A stretch of DNA of 64,000 nt from a virus: positions 14,710 to 78,709 of the IMG/VR virus record IMGVR_UViG_3300013120_000110; one strand, written 5' to 3'. Both the position numbers and the translations under genes were made by a program. Shown piece by piece: positions 54,491 through 62,632 of this stretch. The first letter of the stretch is position 1. Each line of letters begins with the position of its first letter. The notes below the pieces were generated by a model. The model saw only the letters and a list, made by a program, of their open reading frames with translations. It did no database searches and had not been told where the DNA came from.

Positions 54491-56424
54491 GCACTTTCCT
54501 CCATCTGTTCCTCATAGTCACCAGTTCCACATCGGTCATCCCAAAAATCATCGGCGCGCATCTGCTTCTTCTTCGCTTCAGCCTCGCGCCAGGCGAAGGA
54601 ACCGTATGCTGGCTCCTGTGTATTTCCCGCTTTCCCCTCGTCCTTGACGCTTGCAACTGGCCTGTCACGCACGCCCTGGAGGCAGACACCAATCGCAATC
54701 ACACGATCCCCGTGAGCGCGTCCACGTGACGATTCATCTTTGGTGGAACCCGCCAACTGATGGACGATGGAGCTTTGTGGCCCACGGCGAATCCACTGAC
54801 CACACTCAGTTACAAGTTGCTTGCTGCGTAGCTTCAACTCGCCAACAGCTACCGCATGGCGAAAGTCCCCGAACAGGCGTTCTATCGTTTGCTCGTTTGT
54901 CCACCACCCAATGGCTTTAGTTTTCTTCCGGCTCTTGTACCACAGCACGTCACGGCGGAAGACATTGCCGTAGCCCTGTTTCTTGATCCGCTCAGTAAAG
55001 GCGGCGCCAGGCCCGTTGTGTTCCCAAATCAGATACGCCCCATGGAACCAGTTGGCTAAGGCTATTGCCAGGTCGGCCATCTGTGTGGGGGGAGTAGAGT
55101 TGGTGGCATACTCGAATACCTGCTCCATTTCGGTAGCATCAATTACCTCTAGCACGGAATTAGAGGTAAAACTACCGCCCAGCCCGGAACTCAGGTCGGA
55201 CCCGATGACATAGACATGGTTCAGCGCAGGCCGGTTCCGGGCGTCCAGCGGCGTCCATAAGTGCATGGGGCCGTCGGGGCGCTCTTCCCAATCGGTATCT
55301 AGCGTCTCGGGGTGGACATTGAGGAACCCGGTGGTGTATGGCGGGCGGACGTAAACCTCCGCCTTTTCCATGAACTCCGGGCCCAGAACTCGGTAGACAG
55401 AGCCGCCGTAGTCACGGTCAAGCTCTTTGGCGATTGATTGCGGAGAGGAGTTGGTCCGGTCACACTCGTTATCGTACCAGGGAGAGCGAAGTTCCTTGCT
55501 TAGCTTGAACCCCTTCGCTCGCAACCGGGCAAGCATCCGTTCAGAGTCTTTTTCATAGTTGGGTGGAAGCGGGTTGTCGGCGCTAACAGCTTCCATGTGC
55601 CGACCGGCGAAACGATACAAACCCCGGTTCTGCCACGGATTGTCCTTCCAATCTAGAATCAGCTTGACCATATTCGAGGGCTCGTGCATCGCACGATAGT
55701 AGGCGCCATCCGTCCCAGCGGGGGTGCTCACCAGCAAGCGGCACTTGCTCACCTGTTGGGTTGACGCCATGGAATCTTCATCCGGGCCCCGCTCCCAACT
55801 CGCCAACTCATCCATCAGGAACCATCTGGCACGACCCCCACGGGCAATGTCACCCGTACAGGCGTACCCGGTTATCATGGAGCCGTTGCGCAGGTTCGTG
55901 AGGGTATGGTTCTGGAGGTTACGCTTCCAGTCGGTATCACGCCGACCAACCATCCAGCCGGGGAGGCGGACAAGCTCCCAGTCGAGCTTCCAAAACAGGG
56001 AATCCGAATCGTAGGGGTTATCCGTTCTTAACTCTGTGCTAGAGACAAGAGAGACTTTGGCGCCAGGCAAGAACAGCCAATCGCGTAAAGCTAACAAGAC
56101 GCCGATCCACGAGGCACCCTGACCACGCGATTTCTCGATTCCAATATCGCGCAGGCCAAGGTTGGCCTCGATCTCTCGAATCACGGGGTCTTGGTGTTCC
56201 CACGTGATGAAGGGAATCTGAGTGGGCAGGAGAATCCCGTCCACTTCCATTGGACGGGGCTCATAGAGCCAAGTTAGGCTGTTGAAAAAAAAGAGGGCGT
56301 CTTCGCGGCAGGCTTGAATGATTGCGGATTGGTAGCCTTGATCGCGCTGTGCCCGCTCGCGCAGGTCGAGCCGATAGGCTAAGTTCTTTTCATACCCTTT
56401 CGGGACGCTTTTATACCAATCCAC
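54469..56424 (-). CDS. terL: terminase large subunit
   Basis: EKSRGQGASW Walker A, FLMDE Walker B, VSTP.G, IGSD...G, E.NGPG, HGDRVIA. Confidence 0.93.
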   Translation of the reverse strand: MDWYKSVPKGYEKNLAYRLDLRERAQRDQGYQSAIIQACREDALFFFNSLTWLYEPRPMEVDGILLPTQIPFITWEHQDPVIREIEANLGLRDIGIEKSRGQGASWIGVLLALRDWLFLPGAKVSLVSSTELRTDNPYDSDSLFWKLDWELVRLPGWMVGRRDTDWKRNLQNHTLTNLRNGSMITGYACTGDIARGGRARWFLMDELASWERGPDEDSMASTQQVSKCRLLVSTPAGTDGAYYRAMHEPSNMVKLILDWKDNPWQNRGLYRFAGRHMEAVSADNPLPPNYEKDSERMLARLRAKGFKLSKELRSPWYDNECDRTNSSPQSIAKELDRDYGGSVYRVLGPEFMEKAEVYVRPPYTTGFLNVHPETLDTDWEERPDGPMHLWTPLDARNRPALNHVYVIGSDLSSGLGGSFTSNSVLEVIDATEMEQVFEYATNSTPPTQMADLAIALANWFHGAYLIWEHNGPGAAFTERIKKQGYGNVFRRDVLWYKSRKKTKAIGWWTNEQTIERLFGDFRHAVAVGELKLRSKQLVTECGQWIRRGPQSSIVHQLAGSTKDESSRGRAHGDRVIAIGVCLQGVRDRPVASVKDEGKAGNTQEPAYGSFAWREAEAKKKQMRADDFWDDRCGTGDYEEQMEESAWSLKGA

Positions 56425-56503
56425 TAAGCTGCCGACGCCGTTTCAGAAGGTGAACCGGCCAGGGCGTCACTCGGCCAGCCCACTCTACGCACTTCAGACT
56501 AAA

Positions 56504-56881
56504 CTAGGGCGTGTGTGTACCCTCTACGCCGCGATCCATTCGAGCCTCGGTTCGCTCCTTCAGACACATAAGGGCCGTGCGAACGTGTTTTAGCGCACCC
56601 ATGTTTTCCTTGCAGGCAAACAGGCCAGACTGGAACCCTACCAACCGATCCTCCACAACCGCCAATAGGGCCTCATTGGTTATCCCATTCAGGCCCGCGT
56701 CCCCAACCGGCCCCTGTTGGAACCGGAGCGTTACACCATAGGTTTCACGGCCCGCCCAATCCCGCACTTCCACGTCATAAACGTGGCTGGCACCACCATC
56801 GCCCGGCTTATCGAGGGCGTAGACCTGTACCAGCTTGTCGGTTTTGCTCCCCTCCACCCTGTGAGTGTTTAACTCTCTCAC
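56504..56881 (-). CDS. tad1: Tad1-family immune-signal sponge (anti-Thoeris / anti-CBASS)
   Basis: G.GGA.H.Y, FQ.G, G....LL..V.DRL..FQ.G.F...EN..AL.HV..ALM....R...R..RGV.GT matches the Tad1 pattern end to end; AGGAGG RBS. Confidence 0.85.
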   Translation of the reverse strand: MRELNTHRVEGSKTDKLVQVYALDKPGDGGASHVYDVEVRDWAGRETYGVTLRFQQGPVGDAGLNGITNEALLAVVEDRLVGFQSGLFACKENMGALKHVRTALMCLKERTEARMDRGVEGTHTP

Positions 56882-57401
56882 GCGACACCTCCTTTTTTGC
56901 GCATTTTACCTGTTCTAGTAAACGCCGAATCTCATCAAGCCCCATATCTCGGTCAAAAACCGACGCACCTTGCGCCTCTTGCTTATCTTTCACAATCAGC
57001 GCCTTTGGTAGCAAATGCTCAAAGAAGCGATTGCGGTATTGGCGGGCCCACTTCAGCACGCCCCAGGCGCCCGTACTTGGGGCCTCTTCAGGCTTGACTA
57101 GCGTGTTCTCCAAGTGACCATAGGCCCAGAGAATGTCCCGGGGGAGGTCTTCTTCGGAGCTACCCGACCTTGCGGCCAAGGCGGCAAGGCCAACCTCTTC
57201 CTCGGGGTTCTCGCTTTGTTCTACGTCCTGGGGCGGGTATTTCTCCAAAACTGCCCGCCACGAGCCGTCTTCCGCGTCCTTTTCCGGTACACCGCTGCCT
57301 ATTAAACGCCGCTTGATTGCATCCCGGTACTCCGCCGCATCAACCCAAATCCCCTGCCTCTGGAGGCGGCGCATGGCCGTCTCGCGTGTCTCTGCTTTCA
57401 C
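56808..57401 (-). CDS. putative terminase small subunit
   Basis: first gene of the virion operon; helical; APS.GAW..L.WA....FF motif. Confidence 0.55.
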   Translation of the reverse strand: MKAETRETAMRRLQRQGIWVDAAEYRDAIKRRLIGSGVPEKDAEDGSWRAVLEKYPPQDVEQSENPEEEVGLAALAARSGSSEEDLPRDILWAYGHLENTLVKPEEAPSTGAWGVLKWARQYRNRFFEHLLPKALIVKDKQEAQGASVFDRDMGLDEIRRLLEQVKCAKKEVSRERVKHSQGGGEQNRQAGTGLRPR

Positions 57402-57436
57402 GATCCTGTACTTTTTTCATGTTTTTCTTTTTTTCA

Positions 57437-57508
57437 GTCAGATTACCCCTTGACAAATCCTGCTGATATTATACAATAATGTCAGGATTTGTCAACCCCT
57501 AATCTGAC
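57437..57508. promoter_or_regulatory. symmetric overlapping divergent promoters within nested inverted repeats
   Basis: + TTGACA 57450 / TACAAT 57472; - TTGACA 57495 / TATAAT 57473; 13-bp inner IR and 9-bp outer IR. Confidence 0.85.
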
Positions 57509-57534
57509 ATAATTACAGAAAAAAGGGAAGAAAG

Positions 57535-57864
57535 ATGGCCCAATGCCTCAAATGCGGTGCCCGTTACAAGGAACCCAGCGACGAACAAGGCGAGCACGAC
57601 TGCCCTAAATGTGGCCTCACACCCGAGCAGCGGGCACAATACGTGTTCCAAAATGGGAAGTGGACCAAGCGGGAGCCGCCCGAGGACGTTACCGACCTCG
57701 GCTGGGCGAATGGGTGGAAGGAAACGCCGAGGATCGTGCGGGAGTGCCAGAAGATGGGCCACAAAGTCACCTGTGTTGACGTGGGCCCATGCCTCCGGGG
57801 CCTGGAGAACGTGGTTACTTGTAATCTCTGTGGATATGTGTATCGTTTCGATAGCAGCGACTAG
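57535..57864 (+). CDS. double Zn-ribbon protein
   Basis: CLKC..CPKC; C...H..CNLC. Confidence 0.7.
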   Translation: MAQCLKCGARYKEPSDEQGEHDCPKCGLTPEQRAQYVFQNGKWTKREPPEDVTDLGWANGWKETPRIVRECQKMGHKVTCVDVGPCLRGLENVVTCNLCGYVYRFDSSD

Positions 57865-57866
57865 AA

Positions 57867-58097
57867 ATGGTCAGGGAGCGACGAAAACTGTCTGATTGGC
57901 CCAAATGTAGCGCCTGTGGGGACCCGCCCACAGTCGAGCAGAGTGGAAGGCTGTGGTGTACGGATTGTTTCATGGAGGTATATTTTGGGGTTGTCAACAC
58001 AGAACCAGCTATGCTATACTCTGGCGGCGGAGAGCATCATCCATACGACGGGAACCCCTCACAGCAAAACGCTATCAGAATCATGGAGGATCACTAG
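57867..58097 (+). CDS. Zn-finger protein, paralog of 14277-14588
   Basis: CSACGD......GRLWCTDCF.E..FG. Confidence 0.65.
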   Translation: MVRERRKLSDWPKCSACGDPPTVEQSGRLWCTDCFMEVYFGVVNTEPAMLYSGGGEHHPYDGNPSQQNAIRIMEDH

Positions 58098-58124
58098 AAC
58101 TTCCCCACCGTGCTCAGGACGTTC

Positions 58125-58198
58125 GGGGGGCGCAAGCTGTAGCTGACGTGGCCGCAGAGCCGAAGGCTCCCCGCTGCGATGCGGGGCGCTCCTTTTTT
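58125..58198 (+). ncRNA. multi-branch tRNA-like or terminator structure
   Basis: GGGGCGC/GCGCTCC stem; GAGCC-GAA-GGCTC and CCCGC-TGCGAT-GCGGG hairpins; T6. Confidence 0.5.
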
Positions 58199-58217
58199 AC
58201 AAGAAAGAGAGACGAAA

Positions 58218-58436
58218 ATGGGTATCAGGTACATTCTGGATGTAGTTTGTCCCAAGTGCCGGAAACGAAGCGAAGTGTACTATGCCCCCACTTGCGATTT
58301 TTTGACCCACAAATGCGAGTGCGGCCATGAAATCGACCTGGAGGAATATACTGGCATAACGTATGAGCAAGCCAGTAACCGACGGGAAATGGAAGAACTG
58401 TGTCAGAAGGCTCTAAAAGAAGGAAAAACGACATGA
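58218..58436 (+). CDS. Zn-ribbon protein
   Basis: CPKC...CECG. Confidence 0.6.
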   Translation: MGIRYILDVVCPKCRKRSEVYYAPTCDFLTHKCECGHEIDLEEYTGITYEQASNRREMEELCQKALKEGKTT

Positions 58437-58717
58437 CAGATTATCCAGACGCGGGCGCTAGCGAAAGGATGGGGCAGGTTAGCCAGGCCATTAGCCACGT
58501 AGATAAGGTACTATCTGACTGCTTGGCGCACGCCGAAACGCTAGCCCAAAGACTAGAGCCGATCATGCTCCCCGCCAAAGAGCCCGGACCAGCCGACACA
58601 TCGGCTGGGGTAAAGGTTGGGAGAGTGGAGTTGGCGGCATCCATAGATTGCCTCGGAGCCAGAGCGGAGGAGTTGAGCAACCGGCTTAACTCTTTCCTGA
58701 AGCGGATTGAATTATGA
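58433..58717 (+). CDS. coiled-coil hypothetical protein
   Basis: L..RLEPI...RIEL phage-type helical hairpin; ATGA coupling. Confidence 0.6.
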   Translation: MTDYPDAGASERMGQVSQAISHVDKVLSDCLAHAETLAQRLEPIMLPAKEPGPADTSAGVKVGRVELAASIDCLGARAEELSNRLNSFLKRIEL

Positions 58718-58725
58718 CAACCAAA

Positions 58726-58798
58726 GCTGGCGTAGCTCAATAGGCAGAGCCGCTGATTTGTAATCAGCCGGTTGTGGGTTCGATTCCTACCGTCAGCC
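58726..58798 (+). tRNA. trnT: tRNA-Thr (UGU)
   Basis: acceptor GCTGGCG/CGTCAGC, D-arm GCTC/GAGC, anticodon loop TT-TGT-AA, T-loop TTCGATT; no encoded CCA. Confidence 0.93.
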
Positions 58799-58814
58799 CT
58801 GAAAGGAGTATGAA

Positions 58815-59108
58815 ATGACGATACTGGAGCAACTAAAAACGATGCGTGAAACAACTGACCATATTCAGGCTAGTGGTGAGCCTGGATTTATCGAGCTAGA
58901 CCCGCTCATTGACCACCTGGAACAACTGGAGGCATACCCAACTGCCGTGGCCGAGGTACGGGCAAGGTATCCCGAGAACGTCACGCTAGTAGAAAATGGT
59001 GAGCTACGATCCGAAGATAGCATCGCAGAACGCTCCGCGCGACTAGCTCGGCTTGTCTGCGACCAGATCAACGCCCTGGTTAGGGTGATACGCGAGAGGC
59101 CAAAATGA
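58815..59108 (+). CDS. hypothetical protein
   Basis: AAGGAG RBS; coupled to the next gene. Confidence 0.6.
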   Translation: MTILEQLKTMRETTDHIQASGEPGFIELDPLIDHLEQLEAYPTAVAEVRARYPENVTLVENGELRSEDSIAERSARLARLVCDQINALVRVIRERPK

Positions 59109-59314
59109 AAGTAGAACTAATCGGCGGGCCGCATGACGGGAGGATTCTGAACATGAGGTCTGCGCCAAGGGTCTACTTCCCAAGCAGGAGGTGCGCGCCG
59201 AAGTTCCAGGCAGAGCCCGTACCGAGAGACACCTACCTGCCGGTTATTGAGTACGAAATCGAGGCCCAAGAAGTTCCACTTGGCTTTACATTTGTGGGGA
59301 GGTACAAGAAATGA
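59105..59314 (+). CDS. hypothetical protein
   Basis: LIGGPHDG phage motif. Confidence 0.65.
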   Translation: MKVELIGGPHDGRILNMRSAPRVYFPSRRCAPKFQAEPVPRDTYLPVIEYEIEAQEVPLGFTFVGRYKK

Positions 59315-59336
59315 GCGAGCCAGAAGGAGAACACAG

Positions 59337-59627
59337 ATGGGTGAGAAGCTAAAGGCTTTCGCAGACCTATTTTACGGCAAAAGGCTCTACAAGGACCTTG
59401 CCGAAGGTGAACTCGCAGAAATAGACGCCCTCCAGGCTGCTTGCCAAGAGGTCGCAGAGCTAGAGGAAAAGGCCGAAAGGTTAGAGCGTATCGTAAACGA
59501 AATCGCCAAACAGGTTGCAACAGAATGGCTTCATGCGATAGAACAAGAACTAAAGGCCAATGCCACTAATGGGGGTTCAGTAGAGCCCTCTAATCCAAAA
59601 GTATCGGAAATCTGTTTAGGACACTGA
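59337..59627 (+). CDS. coiled-coil hypothetical protein
   Basis: AAGGAG RBS before ATG 59337. Confidence 0.55.
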   Translation: MGEKLKAFADLFYGKRLYKDLAEGELAEIDALQAACQEVAELEEKAERLERIVNEIAKQVATEWLHAIEQELKANATNGGSVEPSNPKVSEICLGH

Positions 59628-59644
59628 GTTAGGTTGAAGTTCAA

Positions 59645-59672
59645 TTCACGAAAACTAGGTAGTTTTCGTGAA
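59645..59672. repeat. perfect 12-4-12 inverted repeat
   Basis: TTCACGAAAACT AGGT AGTTTTCGTGAA; related copy at 62283-62304. Confidence 0.8.
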
Positions 59673-59702
59673 GTACCGATGTTTTGTAACAGGAGGTTAA
59701 TC

Positions 59703-59924
59703 ATGCCGTTTGTAGTCAGAGGTAAAGTTAAACCAAAACCAGATACCGAGTTGTGGCTGGAAGAGGACCCCGAAGGCATTGTACTCTGGGCCAAAACAGA
59801 CCACATGCCGTGGAACATCTTGCGTATCAAGCCAGATGGAACCATGCGGCGCACCCGAGCCGTGTCCAACTCCCTTGGGTTCAAGCTCGATAACCTAGAA
59901 AGAGTGGTGGAGATAGATATATGA
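59703..59924 (+). CDS. ELWLE family paralog 1
   Basis: TELWLE...WNIL.I.PDG..RR...LGF. Confidence 0.75.
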   Translation: MPFVVRGKVKPKPDTELWLEEDPEGIVLWAKTDHMPWNILRIKPDGTMRRTRAVSNSLGFKLDNLERVVEIDI

Positions 59925-60127
59925 TAGATCATTTTGACGTAGAGAAGCTACTGGAAGCCCTCTGCTTGTGCTATTTACAGGGCAACCCAAAAGACCCCTG
60001 GTGGTCCACGATACAGGGGGTCCCCTGTCAGGAATTGAGGGATACAATGATAGTCGAGTACATCGCCGGGAAGATGCTCGACCCGGATGTGTTCAATAAA
60101 GTACAGGCTGCCGGGATTCAGAAGTGA
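59921..60127 (+). CDS. hypothetical protein
   Basis: ATGA-type coupling with GGAG RBS. Confidence 0.5.
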   Translation: MIDHFDVEKLLEALCLCYLQGNPKDPWWSTIQGVPCQELRDTMIVEYIAGKMLDPDVFNKVQAAGIQK

Positions 60128-60159
60128 CCCGGGCTATTTCTGAAAAAAGGAGGCTAATC

Positions 60160-60390
60160 ATGGCGTTTGTTGTTAAAAGAGATGTTAAACCTCTGCCGGA
60201 TACCGAGTTGTGGCTTGAGGATCGCTACGATGGGGTAAGGCTGCGCGCCCGAAGAGGTGAAGGGGCGGAGTGGAATATACTGTCCATTGACCCGGATGGG
60301 ATAATACGCCGCTACATCGCCGTCCCCAGTGAGCTAGGCTTTCGCATGGACCACGGAGTGGTTATGGTAGCTGGCTGTGCAGAAAAGTAA
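60160..60390 (+). CDS. ELWLE family paralog 2
   Basis: same motif; RBS/start DNA nearly identical to that of 59703. Confidence 0.75.
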   Translation: MAFVVKRDVKPLPDTELWLEDRYDGVRLRARRGEGAEWNILSIDPDGIIRRYIAVPSELGFRMDHGVVMVAGCAEK

Positions 60391-60395
60391 AACTG

Positions 60396-60590
60396 GGGCC
60401 TTGGCACACGGGATTGGACCCACTACACTTTCCCGTTGAGTCGAAAGACGGCCAAGGCTACACGTGGTGGCCTCGATACGACATTCGAGGCGCGGACGAC
60501 TGGCTGTAGCCCCGTGGTCAGCCGCCCGCTAGCGTAACGGGGCTGTTTAGAACTACCGTTAGGACTACAAAATGTAGCCCTTTCAGCAAA
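60396..60590 (+). ncRNA. structured intergenic RNA candidate
   Basis: GCCTTGGC/GCCAAGGC enclosing ACGGGA/TCCCGT and GTC-GAAA-GAC; GCCTCGA/TCGAGGC; AGCCCCGT/ACGGGGCT. Confidence 0.55.
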
Positions 60591-60601
60591 AAGGATCAAG
60601 C

Positions 60602-60940
60602 ATGATAGATTATGACATGATGGTAGAAGATGCCGTATCCCTTCGCCCGAACTGTACTTACACCTTACTGGACACAGAACCAGAGGGTGGGCGGTACTGG
60701 GCTATCTGCATCGTGCCTGTGGAGTTCCCCACCGATGATTACGTCGAGCGCGCGGGGGATGGATCACCTGTGGAACTGGCTGTGATGGCAGCCGCCCAGC
60801 GGCGACCAGACCTCGGTGGAGGCTGGACGTGGTGTACCTTGTCGCCTACAGCAAAGCATGTCTTCGGCGATATGCTGTTCAAGGCACAACCCAAGACGCA
60901 CAAGTGGTCTTACATGCTGGAGGAGGAAACCCATGCCTGA
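60602..60940 (+). CDS. hypothetical protein
   Basis: AAGGA RBS; overlaps the next start. Confidence 0.55.
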   Translation: MIDYDMMVEDAVSLRPNCTYTLLDTEPEGGRYWAICIVPVEFPTDDYVERAGDGSPVELAVMAAAQRRPDLGGGWTWCTLSPTAKHVFGDMLFKAQPKTHKWSYMLEEETHA

Positions 60941-61193
60941 GTTGAAGTCAGATACACTTCGGGCAGACCTAATGCCAGGGGGCACGCCGTACAGCAATGG
61001 TACGGCATGGGAGTTGAGGAACAAGAACAACGCGGTGTTCTCACTCGGCTGGATCACACAGTACGAAGGTAAAGGAGAGTACGGCTTCCATCCAGCGGAG
61101 TGTTGCATCTTCCTTGCCGACCACCTACAGGAGATAGCGACGTTTCTACGTGAGGTCGAAGCAGAGCGGTTAGACAATGAATCCCAAACCTAA
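60933..61193 (+). CDS. hypothetical phage protein
   Basis: LG.I......Y.F.P.......L.EI..FL motif; GGAGG RBS. Confidence 0.6.
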   Translation: MPELKSDTLRADLMPGGTPYSNGTAWELRNKNNAVFSLGWITQYEGKGEYGFHPAECCIFLADHLQEIATFLREVEAERLDNESQT

Positions 61194-61359
61194 CACCCCC
61201 CAAAAGGGTGGGATTTACGCAATGCGTTACGAGATAATCATTTAGGGTCGGTTTTCGTTCACCCCATACGGTGGAGCCCAGACACTTCCAAAACCAAAAG
61301 GGGGGTATGGCATATATGGCACGTTTTTGGCCTAAGTCCTTGCAATCAAAGGAGAAACG

Positions 61360-61596
61360 ATGTTTGTAATCAAGACTGATCGTAAGCCAGAACCAGTTAC
61401 AGAGTTATGGCTTGAGGAACATCCAAAGGGGATAGCCCTTAAAGCTCATAGAGCAGGAGAAGGGAGGGATGCTGGGTGGTTCATCCTGCTGGTCTACCCA
61501 GATGGGACCATCCGACGCAGCCCGAACCTGCCCGATGACCTCGGGTTCCAGATAGATGAAAGCGGGCGAGCCATAGACTTCCCAATAGAAACGTAA
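61360..61596 (+). CDS. ELWLE family paralog 3
   Basis: TELWLEE...WFIL...PDGTIRR...LGF. Confidence 0.75.
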   Translation: MFVIKTDRKPEPVTELWLEEHPKGIALKAHRAGEGRDAGWFILLVYPDGTIRRSPNLPDDLGFQIDESGRAIDFPIET

Positions 61597-61606
61597 GGAG
61601 AAGAAA

Positions 61607-61834
61607 ATGACGATCATTCTAAAAGACGAAAAAGACTCTTATCCAGACGTATCTGTATGGCTGGAAAGGGGTTGCGATGGGCACGTCCATCTGGTTGCCC
61701 ACAACAAGGATGTTGGGAGGTACAGCCTGCTCAAACTAGAACAGGGTAAGCCGGTCAAGCTGTATGCGGGTGTGAGCCAGAAGCTAGGCTTCCCAGTCAC
61801 ACCCGGGAACAGGCTCCTTGTCGAGAACTGGTAA
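61607..61834 (+). CDS. ELWLE family paralog 4 (divergent)
   Basis: PD..VWLE...L.A...LGF. Confidence 0.65.
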   Translation: MTIILKDEKDSYPDVSVWLERGCDGHVHLVAHNKDVGRYSLLKLEQGKPVKLYAGVSQKLGFPVTPGNRLLVENW

Positions 61835-61837
61835 ATT

Positions 61838-62053
61838 ATGCGACCAAGAAACTTCCCAGTTAGCCTCGGGCCACCATGTAGGGACTACAACCCGCCAAAA
61901 GGTGATTGTCCCGAGTGTGGAGGCCAATGTTACCCAGAGTGCGGGCGACACCCAAAAGGCTGTATCTACGGCGGATGCGCCCACGGATACTGGCTCATCG
62001 CCGAAGGTTGTACCCTCTACCATGGAGAAGAAAATGAGTACGCGCTACATTAA
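61838..62053 (+). CDS. Cys-rich small protein
   Basis: CPECGGQCYPECG.HP.GC. Confidence 0.55.
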   Translation: MRPRNFPVSLGPPCRDYNPPKGDCPECGGQCYPECGRHPKGCIYGGCAHGYWLIAEGCTLYHGEENEYALH

Positions 62054-62342
62054 ACAGATTCGCCAACTTGAGGACAAGATTAGACTTATGGAAGCCTTCA
62101 TCGAATCACAGCCATGCGGCTGCTTCGGACAAGGAAAAACAAAGCTCTGGTGCTGGAGGTGTAAACTACTGCTAGGTATGCACGAACTACCAGCAACCCC
62201 CTAAACCCCCAATTTGTTCCCACATATAAGGATAAAAAGACATACACTTTTACAATAGTGCTGGTGTTTCTATCCAGATATGTTCACGAAATAGATTTCG
62301 TCAAGATGAGGTAAACCCAGACTAGATAAGAGGTTAATCGCC

Positions 62343-62627
62343 ATGAGCGTTTATGTAGACAGCCTGGCCGCTTGTCAGCCTCGCCCCGATTGGCCCTGGC
62401 CCTTCGCCTGCCACCTGTACGCCGATACCTTGGGGGAACTATACGATATGGCCGATATTCTCGTACTCAAGCGCCGATGGCTCCACACTTACCCCTTCTT
62501 CCCACACTATAACCTCGCCCCTCCTCTCAGAAGTAAAGCCGTCCTCTACGGAGCCATCGAAACCACCCGTAAACACGCCGTCCAGTTCCGGCGAAAACGC
62601 CGTGCGCATCTTGCCACAGGTCCGTAG
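62343..62627 (+). CDS. DUF4031-family protein
   Basis: MSVYVD...CHL.ADT..EL..MA..L.LKR.W....HY.L....R.KA...GA. Confidence 0.85.
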   Translation: MSVYVDSLAACQPRPDWPWPFACHLYADTLGELYDMADILVLKRRWLHTYPFFPHYNLAPPLRSKAVLYGAIETTRKHAVQFRRKRRAHLATGP

Positions 62628-62632
62628 CGTTA

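Noticed and set aside
20559-57401. Plus-strand ORFs across the virion module
   Set aside because: They are antisense shadows of long, tightly coupled minus-strand genes, with no RBS or motifs
58726-58798. tRNA-Thr as attP/attL prophage boundary
   Set aside because: Phage-like genes continue on both sides, no duplicated 3' fragment is seen, and it is not adjacent to the recombinase
60430-60460. Hammerhead ribozyme
   Set aside because: GAGTCGAAAGAC resembles stem II, but the CUGANGA and GAAA core nucleotides are missing
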